Origin: Raillietiella orientalis
Lineage: Eukaryota
Assembly: GCA_036172245.1 (NCBI GenBank)
Contig: JAYWIR010000035.1
Coordinates: 1,488,001-1,552,000, forward strand
Direction: 5' to 3'
Length of the DNA: 64,000 nucleotides
Shown here: piece by piece, positions 27,000 to 44,800 of the stretch
How positions within the stretch are numbered: the stretch's first letter is position 1
How the letters are laid out: each line of letters starts with the position of its first letter
The notes under the pieces: generated by a model
Databases searched by the model: none
Told to the model about the DNA's origin: nothing
What the model saw: only the letters and a program-made list of their open reading frames with translations
Position numbers and translations under genes: made by a program

Positions 27000-29900
27000 C
27001 CATGTTTTGTCATCATTTCAAAGTCTCATATATAAAAAAAAAGTATTTAGTGAGTAGATCTGCAAAACAGTTTCAAGAAATGCTTGGGCTTTTTACCTGA
27101 ATTCAGAAATGTAGAAGTTATTGGGAAAGATTCTACTTTTTTCATTAATTTGTAAAACAATTAAGCATCTAAGGAAAAGTAGTTTTTTAGAAAAAACAAA
27201 AACAAAAACAACATCATCATAAAATAACAGTATTCGAACACCCTATATTTTGTTTTTTTATTTTGATGCCTGAGTGCTATATATTTTAAAATCGGATAAT
27301 TCTGCAGTAAATTAGGAAATGTACATCCCAATTGAATGCAAACTAAAGTTGCTTTGCTTATAAAGGAATTGGTTATCTTCAAGTAATTAAGAAGCAATTA
27401 TTGGCCAAATTAGCTGCAAAGATTTGCTGATTTTGAAGTTCCCTTGATCACTGTAAAAATACTTAATAGAGTGTCCAAAAACAACGCTATTGAAGAAGAG
27501 TTATTGTCCATGTGTATTCTGACTGTCTAATTAAAAGTAACAAAAAAAACATAAAGAGAAATGAGAAATTAACAGGAAAGCATTTCCGATTCCGTTATAC
27601 TGGACCTCGACATAGATTGAAGTAAGGAACTTTGCAAATCTTAATGTAAAATTTACAAAGTTCCCCACAAATGCCATGAGCAGTTATTACCAAAACTTGG
27701 GTGTTTGAAACCCTTTTTCGTTTTGTTTTTTCCGCTGTATCTTAACGGATGTAACACATTCATGTGTTGAATGGTCAGAAGAATTAGTCTCTCATTGTTG
27801 ATTTCGCCCATAGCATCCCTGTAGGGATGAAGAGGTCGTTTGCCGTTGGCACAGGAGGTCACTCATACGTTGCTCAAGAAGCCAGTTACTTAGTCAGAGG
27901 AAGTTGCCCACTTACCCGCATATCACGCATAATATACAAGTCTTTTAATGGCTGAATGTTTCGAAAGTGCTTTTTCACAAACAAAATGCTCGAGAATAAA
28001 TCTGGTAAGATGGTTAGGTGTAGACTCTCATTATATATCCCATGGCATCAGTCATGTTTAGAATAACACAGTGAACTCCGAAATGTCACTCTGATTCGGA
28101 TTAAGAATTAGCTAGCAAGGGTATCAAAAATTGAAAGTCGATCTATTTCATGTACCAATAAAACGTTTTGGGAAACGGATTATGTCACATTTGCAGCTAG
28201 AGTCACTTCTAAATTAGAAATGCATAGTTATATGAGATCGTAAGCACAATTATATTCAAACTGTTTGTTTTAGATTTGTTTTAAGGATTTGCAATTGAGA
28301 TAGTTTTAAAACTATAAAAATGCCTTTTTCGGTTTTCATCTAATGTTTATGAGAATGCCGAGGTGTTTGCATGAGACTTTTCTGATCAGCAAAGAGCATT
28401 GTGCAAATGGGTCAATATGGAAGTGTTAACTCTAGAAAATGGATGGCCGACCAACAAGGGCAATCAGAATGAACGATAATTCCCTTTCTATCAATGCAGC
28501 GAATAATATTTGTCTTTTTTTATATCTCAAAGGGCTGATTATCAATCAACCACGAAATCAACAAATTAAATATTGTTTCCCAGACTCCACATAAATCACA
28601 TCTGTTTTCATGTGTGAGGCTCCCTCAGAATTTGTGCCATCCATCTTAACACAGCCTAACCAAATTATCTCAACAAAGTATCTTCTGCCATTGCTACGTA
28701 GGCGTTCTTTTCTTTTTTCTTTTTTTTTCAAGTTTACGTTTCTTCAACAGTGTTCACAAGTTTTGCTGTGAGGAGAACACATAAAAGGCATTTCCGAGAT
28801 GACTTTGAACTGAAAATTTACGACTTGGAATATTGCCATGTTTTCACGAGGAAAGACTTGCATTATCAGCTGGCTTCAACTTACTGAATGGCAAAAGTCT
28901 TTAGCCAACCACTTATAATCGCGAATAATGATTTGATGATCAGCATCAGCGTAAGCTTATAAGTCATTAAAGGTCTTCAAGAATCGAGGAGTCTTAGAGT
29001 AAGGCATGCAAGAACTTGGGAGTCCTCTGTAGTCTTAGTAGATTAAGGAATTACGATTATATTGCAATTAAGGAAACCATGATTGGTATAATGGAGATGC
29101 GTAAAATTCTCTGCCTCGCTTGTATTTGATTCACGCTGCCACGAAATGGCATTATATAATGGTCACGTTCATTCATTCCATCGTGACATTACTTACTAAT
29201 GTCTTAATGAAACGAATCTATCTATGTCTTCAGATAAGAGTGGTCTATGATTCCTCCCTAAATTTTCATGATAATCTGTTTGCTATAAAGGCTGTGACAT
29301 TTGCCTCTCTCTCTACCTTTTGTTTTTAAACTGCTGTCGTGTAGTAGATGATTGTTACTACTCATTTTACATCCTCCTCATGCTTGCATATTCTAATGAT
29401 TCACGTATAGGTACTCCTTCAAAGTTATCTCAACCCATCATGTGTCTTAACAGTGTGAAGCATGTTTGAAGTCTCTTGCATAAAATGGAAATACATGATG
29501 ACAAGGCTGACTAAAGACAAGAAAGTAGATTCAGATATCTGTATTGCTTTAAGATGCTATCGACTTTATTTTGATGAAAAAGCTGGTGTTCATCATGTGA
29601 AACTTCTGGGATTTCAGTCTCAGAGAAATATTTAAAAGATTCTTGGTCTGCAAGTTCGTCTCATAGAAGCATCAATAAATACTAAGACATCTTTCTGTAT
29701 AATTGGTATTCACTAAAAATCAGGAACGTGAGGATAGTGTCAACACAGTTTGTATTTGCGTGTAATCAGTTATAATCTCATTATTGGTATTGAAATTAAT
29801 GTGAAATGTGATTGTAATTCAAACATTATGCTTCCAAGTGTTTCTGAAAAGTATGACATAATATGACATGATTCTTCTCAGCAAGTTGTTTGAGCGGTAT

Positions 29901-31300
29901 CCAGGAAAAAATTCCATGCAAGAGCAAAAAATTTTTTTTTTAAACCGAAGTCATTAAGAGGCATTTTGAGGAAACTTTCTTAAAAATTGTTAGTTTGCAT
30001 CATTAGCATTCTTTTTTTTGGGGTTTGTTCAATATAATATACTGAGAACTCAAACATGTTAATTGATTTGTTCATTGTGGTTACAATATTTTCCAAGAGT
30101 AAAGACATCATGATAGGGAAAATAAATATATATTTGTTGGTTATAAGTTGCTTACTAATTATCTATGTGAAAGCATTTCAAGTCTTAAAAGTGAAGCGTC
30201 TAGGATTTCACTTTTATTGAAGTAGTTCAATTAATTAAATGGAAAAAGCTATATAACTTCCGATAAAGATATTACACGTTATTTTCGATCCAAGTCTTTG
30301 GTTATTATTAACGTGGCAATGAAATTACTCATCAAAACCTGTCAGGTTTGGGAATCTCTTTTGTTTTATATGCAAGATCAGAAACATCAACAGCTTGAAA
30401 GCTATTGTGAACTGAGAAATAATCTTCGACAATATAAATATGTTGTGTAGAAGCCTAATTTTCGAATACCTATTTAGAACAATGCACAAATAAATGTGTT
30501 CTTCACCACTTGTGCTACTGAAAACATCCGGAAATGCCGAGTTCAAAAAGCAGACTTGTATGAAATACTTTTTTAAATTCAAAGTAGATTAAGATCTAAT
30601 AAAGAGAATCATAATACTGTTCAAGACGTCATATGTATACAAAAACATTCATAGAAAGAGCTGGAGCATTCTTGAAAAATTATCTGAATCCAGAGGAATG
30701 AATCCGATTTTTTTGTTGCTGCGTGTACCAACAGTCCTTTGCTTGCTTTGTTTATTTTGCATGAAATTTATCTTTTTCCTTTCAACTTTGAGTTTCGCAT
30801 GGGGATTGTGAAGCTTAAGGTTCATGCAATCCACAATTTCCAAAGACAAGGACGCATGTGAAGTCACGGAAGTTGCCCCTCAGTTTCATGCACTTTCGGT
30901 CTGCAAAGATGCGATCTTTGCGATCGTATCTTTACTCTGCAATCGATTTTTGCAAGATATCCATTTTATGCTTGATCTGTGGTCCTTGACTGTGGTCTTT
31001 GTTACTCGTATGAGCATTTTGGTCTCCATAAGTCATCAAAAGCGTTAACGTCAACTGACGATCATGAGCGATCATGCAACCCGTATTGAATCTAATCTAT
31101 GCTCGATATCCATTTACAACCGATATTTTCCAAAGATTGACTGGAGATTGTCTTGTGGTTTCAAGTTGAATTCCTCTGCACCTCGTATCCGCTGCTTGCG
31201 GCAGTGGCATTTTGATCCTCTTTAGAATCTTGTGGAAAGATTATCCATCTACGATTAGCACGTTCGTTTTACGTGTTCTTTGTGAGCTCCCTCTTTCCAC
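27000..31300 (-). mobile_element. Possible highly decayed gypsy-like LTR retrotransposon (RT-RNaseH-integrase remnants)
   Basis: Weak integrase-like fragments 'RFILEHFVC' (~27980) and 'LHPYRDAMGEINN' (27653-27862, cf. YHPQxxGxxER), plus an RNaseH-like 'DH' context near 29240. No open frame. Confidence 0.25.
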
Positions 31301-32693
31301 GAATATGTGTTAACGACCAGGTGAATGTCAACCAGGCAGTCAGATGGACATCAGTTTGTGACAGTTCCCAAAGAGGCACGTGAGGATTTTTTTTCCTTTT
31401 TCTTTTGCTGCACTGGTGCTGCACTTGGGAAGGTGATCAGGTGGCGATCAGATGTTATCTTGGGAAGAGTGGCCTATGTAAACAATTTTCAAGTGAGGGT
31501 GTAATCTCCATACGCAGACGGAACGATCAGAAAGCAGCTTCTGCGTTGTAAAATTGGCATGTTGCAGGAATGCCCTGTGGTGCGGCGGTGTCCTCTTGGT
31601 GTCCTCTTGAGGCCCTCATGATTCCTGAACTCCTCGGCGGTTGTGTTCGGGTGTACACCGAGCGGTCGGCATCAGCTCTTTGTCAGTGGGGTCTTTGCAC
31701 GCAGTTGCTTCTGGACGTCGCCGCTTCTTCCCAGGGGTGCACGGTTAGGGAGGGGGAGGGAGACACCCCTGCAAGATATAATAACACCTCTTCCAGTTCC
31801 TGGAATGGTAGTGTGTGCGTGCAATCCACGGGGGTGTGAAATTCCCTCCCTCCCCCCCCCCCCCCCCACGGTACGGTACGGCCAAGTGGGTAAACGATGG
31901 GGCTGGCCGCGCACAAGTCGAGTGTGTTGGGGGTGAAAATTTTCTGTGGCAGCGTCACGTTTTTGTTCTTTTTCGAGTACTCAGTACTCTTTCGGCTGTG
32001 GTGGAAGTGCGTTTTGAATACGCGAACGTGGGTGTGCGTTGCTGCAGGTTTTCCTCCGAGTCCACATTCACCTCGCACGGTCGAAAAGTTGCCATCCAGG
32101 GAAACGTTATGGTAAAAAAGAAAAGGAAAGCATCTTGGAAATTGCAGAGAGCTGCCTAGGGTCCTATATTTGTGAATTTTGTTTATTAGAATGTGCATTG
32201 CAAGTCCAGAATTTGCAAGTAATAGGATCATTTTTTGTTGCTTCTGTTGTAAACGTTCCGTTAACCGTTTTTGCACTGTCTATGCTCAAAGTGTCAGCAT
32301 AAATAATCATTCCACGAGTATGCAGTGAAATCCATTTAATGAATTGTTTATTAAAATTCAATTTTCAAGGTTCCAAATGGAATGTTTGTCGGGGAAAAAT
32401 TTTTTTGCTTTTAAAGTAAAGAGTTAAATCTAATTCAGTACCATTGTTTTCCAGAAAATCAAGAAATATAAATGTGCACGTTTTCTAGGAATGTAATGCT
32501 AAATGATAAATTGAAGGAACAACCACGTGAGTTTTAGAAGTTTGATGTGTTCAGTCTTCTCATCTGATGGTTAAATCTCAAATTAAGCCTTTATAATATG
32601 TTCAAATTTTGTTACTTTTCTGCATGTAATGTAAGTAAAGTAATTTTTCGAAAAATCAGTCAGGCTTTGTTTTGTTATTTCTGAAGCAACTAA

Positions 32694-38431
<5,738 letters not shown>

Positions 38432-38513
38432 ACGCATCTTAAAGCTTTCATCATCGAAGCTTGAATTTCTTCCAGCATACATTCCAATATTCCAGAATAT
38501 AAATGTTTATCTA

Positions 38514-41304
38514 TTAACGTATGCGATACAATAACTTTCGTTGCATGCGATGCTGCAGTTCACCTTTGCGCAACATGTGATATAGCACTTTTCGAATAAT
38601 ATATTCATTATACTTCTGGTGTAGTAAGTCTTGCACTATGACAGCTTCTGATACTTGCGTCCCAATTGGGAGACGTGATTTCAGCTGCTTTTCAATTCTC
38701 ATCAGTGTTTCATGTTCTTCTGTGGTGGTGAATCCTTCAATACCAAGCAAACTTCCAGTACTAGCAGATTCCAGAGTTGATACTTGAAACAGGCGAAGGG
38801 CTTCATCAATATGTGACTCATTTGCAAATGGTAACAACTGCATTTTTGCTAAAGACTCTGCAATTCGAATAATGGCTTCTAATTGGCGCACAGTGATTGG
38901 AATGCGTAAATGACGCCCTCCATCTTGTTCACTCTGGCGTGTACCAGAACGCATCAACACATACCGATTCTGCAATTTTTCTCCAGCTTGGGGAGACAAT
39001 CTTGGTCCACATTTTCTAGTACAATATAAACATAAATCTCCCTTGCCACAGTACTCACCCACGGCAATAGGCAATGTATTTCTTCAGAAAAGAAACACTT
39101 AGCTCACCCTGCTCTGGTGCTGCACAGGATGCATTCATATGCAAACCCAAGACATGCCTAGCAAGAGTCTGCGGTTTTCTGTGAATGTGGTTAACAATGC
39201 CAGAAATTCCTACCGTGTCACGCTGCTCATTGTATTCATCCTTAACAATAAAGATCATATCAAAACGCGAAAGAATTGTAGGCATAAAATCAATATTTTC
39301 ATCTCCTTTCATTTCATCCCAACGCCCAAAAACAGAGTTTGCTGCAGCCAGGACAGAGCATCGTGAATTCAGCGTTGTTGTAATGCCAGCTTTAGCAATT
39401 GATATTGTTTGCTGTTCCATAGCTTCATGTATTGCAACACGGTCATCTTCTTTCATCTTATCAAATTCATCAATGCAAACAATTCCGCCATCAGCCAGTA
39501 CCATGGCTCCTCCTTCCATAATAAAATTTCGCTATAATAAGATAAATTTATAAATCAGGTTCTCTTTTATATTTACCGATTGTGGATCCCTTATTATTGA
39601 GGCTGTAAGTCCAGCAGCACTAGAGCCCTTACCAGATGTATACACTCCAATAGGTGCAACTTGTTCCACAAATTTAAGCAACTGAGATTTAGCAGTGCCA
39701 GGATCTCCAAGTAATAACAAATTAATATCACCACGCCTACTCAATCCATCAGGAAGCCATTTTCTTGAGCCACCAAACAATAGACAAGCAATTGCTTTTT
39801 TGATATCAGTTGATCCATAGATACTTGGGGCAATGCTATTAGCAATTATTTCATGTACATTTGAGTTATTCGCCAACAATCGGAACTGTTCTTCTTCTTG
39901 AGAAGTAATCTGTAAGGTTCCTAAACGACCAAGGGTTTCTGAATCTATTTCCAGACCTAATATACGCAAATATGGTGCTCGTATGCCTATAGAAGAATGA
40001 TTTTTGCTGGAAGTCTGAGAAAAATTAATGTCACACATGTAGATGCTATTACTTTGCGTGTTGCCCTGTTGGATTTCTTGATGGAATAAATCCCCAAAAC
40101 AGTGACTCGATTCCCTGGAACTGCCCTATCACATAAGTACCTATATCACAAAAGGCAACCAGTATGAACTGGGGAAAACTCTGGATTACTTCTTACCGAT
40201 CACAGTACATTTGCAGATGTCTTGGCATTTCACCATGGGGAACTTCCTCAGGGGATTCTTGCAATTTGAGAATTTGAAAATCAACACAAGTGCAACGATT
40301 AGCAAGAATAAAATATGGATCTAATGGGCACTTTGCTTGTCCTGGTTGATCTCTTAAAAATTAGAAAATTAAAATCATTCAATAAATTCTTCAGCTTACG
40401 TGGCACAACGTCGTGGAAGAGTATAGCCTTCCAAGCCTGGTTGAATATGTATGTTGTTGATTATATTGTGGCAAGATCGACATTGAATAGACAACTGGGA
40501 AGCTTTTGAACGAATTCCAGATGCTGCAACAACAATTCCGGATATTTTGACCAACTTAGAAACCTTATCTGACTACAAGGAATGATTTGATAAGATGCAA
40601 ATCCTGTAAACTTTTACCAATAAATCTCGACATGATACTGATGATGAATCAGACTGAAGCAAAACTTGAATATCTTCAACTTTTTCTTGCCCTTCACTTC
40701 TTGGTTTTGTAATTTCATCAGCGACTTCGCGACAAGCCTCCTCAAACTAAGAAAATCATGATTGTCTTGTTTATATCGGATACATTGAACGAAAAGTCGA
40801 GTACAAAGAGATGAATGGAAAAGAACCACATGAAAAGATGAATGATTAGCTTACTGAGACAACTGACAAAAACCCTCGACAGAGCACTTAAAATATAATC
40901 GATCTTATATCGAATGGTATTCAAAGTATCATAATTAATAATTACCAGAGATATGTGTTCTGCTGGTGTTCTGATAAGTTTATCTGCTAAATTTTCATCA
41001 AAACCTCCAAGATCTTCTAAGTTGACATTTATCCAAAACTGTCCGAGAGTATACTGCTTTTTGAGTTGATCTCTTCAAGCACATAAATGAATGTTCATGA
41101 CAAAATACATTTTTGGAGACATTTAAGTTAAGCATATAAGATTATTCAGAATAATTACCTGTAACGATAGTTGAAAGTCCCTTCTCGATACTGTTTCAAA
41201 AAATCCTTAAACCTCTTTTTCGTAGTCTGAAGTGTGTTTGTTAACTCTGTCTGCTCAGAAAAATTATCAGAATAATACACAGCAGCTTCATCAAATCCTG
41301 CCAT
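38514..41304 (-). CDS. MCM5: DNA replication licensing factor MCM5, ~10 exons
   Basis: N-terminus '[15 protein letters not shown]', 'CPLDPY', Walker A '[12 protein letters not shown]', '[15 protein letters not shown]', Walker B 'IDEFDKM', Arg finger 'SRFD', '[10 protein letters not shown]' and C-terminal '[11 protein letters not shown]'. GT-AG introns restore the frame. Confidence 0.97.
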
Positions 41305-41337
41305 TATTAACCGAAGGTATCCTACTCAACTGAAATA

Positions 41338-41346
41338 GGCGCCAAA
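41338..41346 (-). promoter_or_regulatory. Candidate E2F/DP binding site upstream of MCM5
   Basis: Minus strand reads TTTGGCGCC (TTTSSCGC consensus), ending 34 nt upstream of the ATG in otherwise AT-rich DNA. MCM genes are established E2F targets. Confidence 0.55.
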
Positions 41347-41899
41347 CAACGCGATACCAAGTACACATTATATTCAAAATTTTTTTATTACTCTTTTCAG
41401 ATCATAAAAAAAAGCAGCTGAAATCTATCAAAGAATAAATTAATTTTGATTATAACTAGATTCTTAATCTTTTCTATCACTTTTTGTAGAGATTAAGGAC
41501 AAATCTTGAAACACAAATTCGCGCATAAATGCTTTCTTTTTTTCGACTTTTCTCTTTGTCGTTCTCGCGTCAGCACAAAAATCAGCAGTTGCAAGAAAGC
41601 TTCGTTCTCCTTTTGCTTAATCAAAAGGGGATTACCATTTTATAATTCTAATATGCGTTTATTCTAAGGCAATGTTAATTATTGTGTCTATTCTATTGAT
41701 TCTAAATCATCGATTGCATCTGTTATTTTACTTGGGAAATGATAAGTTTCGAAACTATTTCATTATGATTTCAATGCAGTAGAGTAGCACGGCATTATTT
41801 CTGTGTTTCCATGTTTTGTCAAGCACAAAAGAAAGTACCAAGAATGTAAGCATTCGACAATATCAAAAAGAGCAGGAACGTTCAGACAGCGTTATGTAA

Positions 41900-44800
41900 A
41901 ATCAGATTGAAATAAGGAGGCCCTACATGTACCAAACCGACCTAGAACACGCCTCAAGGTGCTCTCTCGATAGAGGAGCGCCGTGTCCAGACGCTTCCCT
42001 GAGCCACGGAAAAGCGCCACAGCCCGACGCACTTATGGAACACGTTTCCCACCCAGACATGAGGTGTTGGCGCTCCGTACACGGGAAACGAGCCCCAGTG
42101 TAGAAGGAGCACCCTCCACGCTACCCATCAAGGTGCACCACGAAAGCGAACAAAGGCAGGGAAGCGACAAGTCCGTGTTAAAAGTTCGGCTCACGGAGCA
42201 GTGTCGTGACCCGAAGAGGTCTTGGTGTGTTCCTCACGTCGAAGAAGTGCCTCGTTGACCATCCTTCCAGAAGGATGCCTTGCGTTCAGTAATGAAAGAG
42301 GAAGCACCGTGCTGGACGTCTACCTAACGAGGAGCGACCCGCAGACGACCACAAGGAAAACTGCAATCGCCACTCCTCTGCAAGCTCAGAGCACGACTTT
42401 TCAAGTTGAAAGGCTTTACATCCAGCTGAAAGATTCTTGCCTCCCCTTTAAACTTGCTTTTTGCTTCGTGTTTCAGGAATGTACTTGTGATCAAGCGGAA
42501 GGAACTTTTTCTTTGCGATCTCTTTTATTCCTTTTGCATTGCCTGAGGTTTTCCAGTTCGGAAAACTCGAGAAAGACAAGCAACCTCCTGGCTACACTCG
42601 CGAAATCGAGTGGCATTCACGTAACGTAGGCAAATGAAATGGAAAACTGCAATCTTCGGGTGTAAGAAAGCGACATTCGATGCGTGTCCAACTGTGGCTG
42701 GCAGCGTGTTTCGGGGGAGGGCGCACGCCCCGTGGCACCAGCAAGACGATTGCCCACACCTTGTTGAAACTTTTCGTTTCGATCGCTTTCGTAAGGGTTG
42801 CTGTTACTCGCAGGCAACAATAATCCTTACGACCTCGTTGCTGAGTTGTTTGGTTGCATTCTCATTTTGTTGGTTCTCGCCCTCGGCTTCGAAGATCTCT
42901 TTCGTCCGGAACTGAGCGGCTCGAAGGAAAGCAGGAAAACAACAACAACTTGGCTCGTGGCGCACAGAAGCCAAGAGTGGCTCCTGCGTGCAGTTCGGTC
43001 AGGGTAAGCCGGGAGACGTGGCTTAGCTTCCGATCGATGCAACGGAGAAAAGAGCACTGAGAGAACCTTACCGAGCTGCTTGGTGTGAACAGCGAACTCG
43101 GCGAAGTAGTCAGCGACTGCATTGAGATCCCGAATCGAAAACGCACTTTATTGGACTCACGGATGGCACAGAAAAGGAAACTTCTTGTAAAACGAGTAGT
43201 TTTGTCGGGGCGCTTGTGGCTGTGAACAGGGTACAGACGAAGATCAAAGAGCATTCTTCCCACTGCAGAGGCACTAGACGGCGTCAACAGCAAACAGAGT
43301 TTCTTGAGTAAAGGAGAAGAAAAGCCAATTCGATAGGTGCATCTGACTCAAGAATTCCAAAATCAGACTGTAGAAAATGTGATGCAGTAGCTCATGAAAG
43401 CTGTGGAGCTCATATAGCAGCCACTGATTTGGATTCTTCGAATCTGGCTTGATTCGGAGAACTTCTGTTCCATGATTCGGAGCCAAACTCATGCTTCAGC
43501 GTCCGAGTGGCGGGAAAACTCGAGTCTGGTTCGTGTACGGTTCAGTTCCGCAGGAAAAATCAGAAATCAGAAAACGGAAAAGACTTCAAAAGAAAACCCG
43601 TAACGTGATGCTTGGCTGCCTACTCTGAACGAAAATCGGTTCAGTCCATCCGTTTCTTTTAGAGAGACGCTGAAATGACAGGGTCTTTTTTTTCTTCCTG
43701 GTGGTGGACTTCATGGGGGAAAGTTTATTTGTAGACATTATCGAGCACATTGAAGAGTTACGATTCACACAGGAATGCTTAAGCAAAAACTGGGTTGAAG
43801 TTTGCAAACAGCAATAAAAGACACGAGAGTTCTTATGTGTTACATCGGAAAGTAGGCGGGTGTTCCTCCTCAGTCGTAGGAATACGCTTCTCTGTTTCAT
43901 ACTGTGAGGAGGCCGTTTTCGGAATAAAAAAGTTGGAATTCTTGTACGAAATGAAGAAGCAGTGTTCTGTTTTTTCCGTTCATCTTTTTCTGTGGATTCT
44001 GGATGCTGAAATAAGCGCATTCTAGAGAAAAGTTCCCCGCTTTCCACAGGAATCTTCGTTCTCTGAACAACTTGATCTCTGAACTCGTCCATGAATGCAA
44101 TCTTTTATTGGACTGAAGAGGCAAAAGTCGGACGAGGTCAACTCTGAGCTGTCTAATAGATGAGACAAGATGAGAGATAACATGATGCAGTATAGTTCTC
44201 AGATAGCTTCGTTTCCTGTAAGTGGCTCATTCATCCCTTCGGTTGACCTGATCATCAGGTTGCGTGTTATTGGATCAGGCAGCAGTACACGTGTCCCGTG
44301 TCCTGCAGGTGGATGTTTCCTCTTTCTCTTCATCTCACACGTTCCTTTAACTAGCAGTTAATCTAGCGGTGCTGCCTCTGTGGACCTTGATAATCTGTGG
44401 CTTCTTCTCTAGCTCTTGAAGAGTTTCACTAGCAAAGGCCGTGCGCCATATCCAGAGTAGTTTCAAGGGTTAGAAATTTCTAACCCTGCAAGTGCGTAAT
44501 CGTAAAAAGGAATGTTCAGAAATAACGACCGTGAAGTCTTGGCTATTTCAGATGGTTCTTGGCCAAAAGAAGAAAATGAAAAGAAGTTGATACGGGAAAG
44601 CGTCTTTTGATTGAAAGGATGCTTTTGACTTCTGATTTTTGAATGATCAGAGAAACCTGGGATGTATTTCTCTCAGTTATTGAAGTATGATTCTCTGATG
44701 AACTGTCTTCAGAGAATTTTCATTTCCACGAAAGCAGTAATTCTGGATAATCAAATTAAGTAAAGGATAAAAAAAGTAAAAAGAAATGAAGAATAGATCA

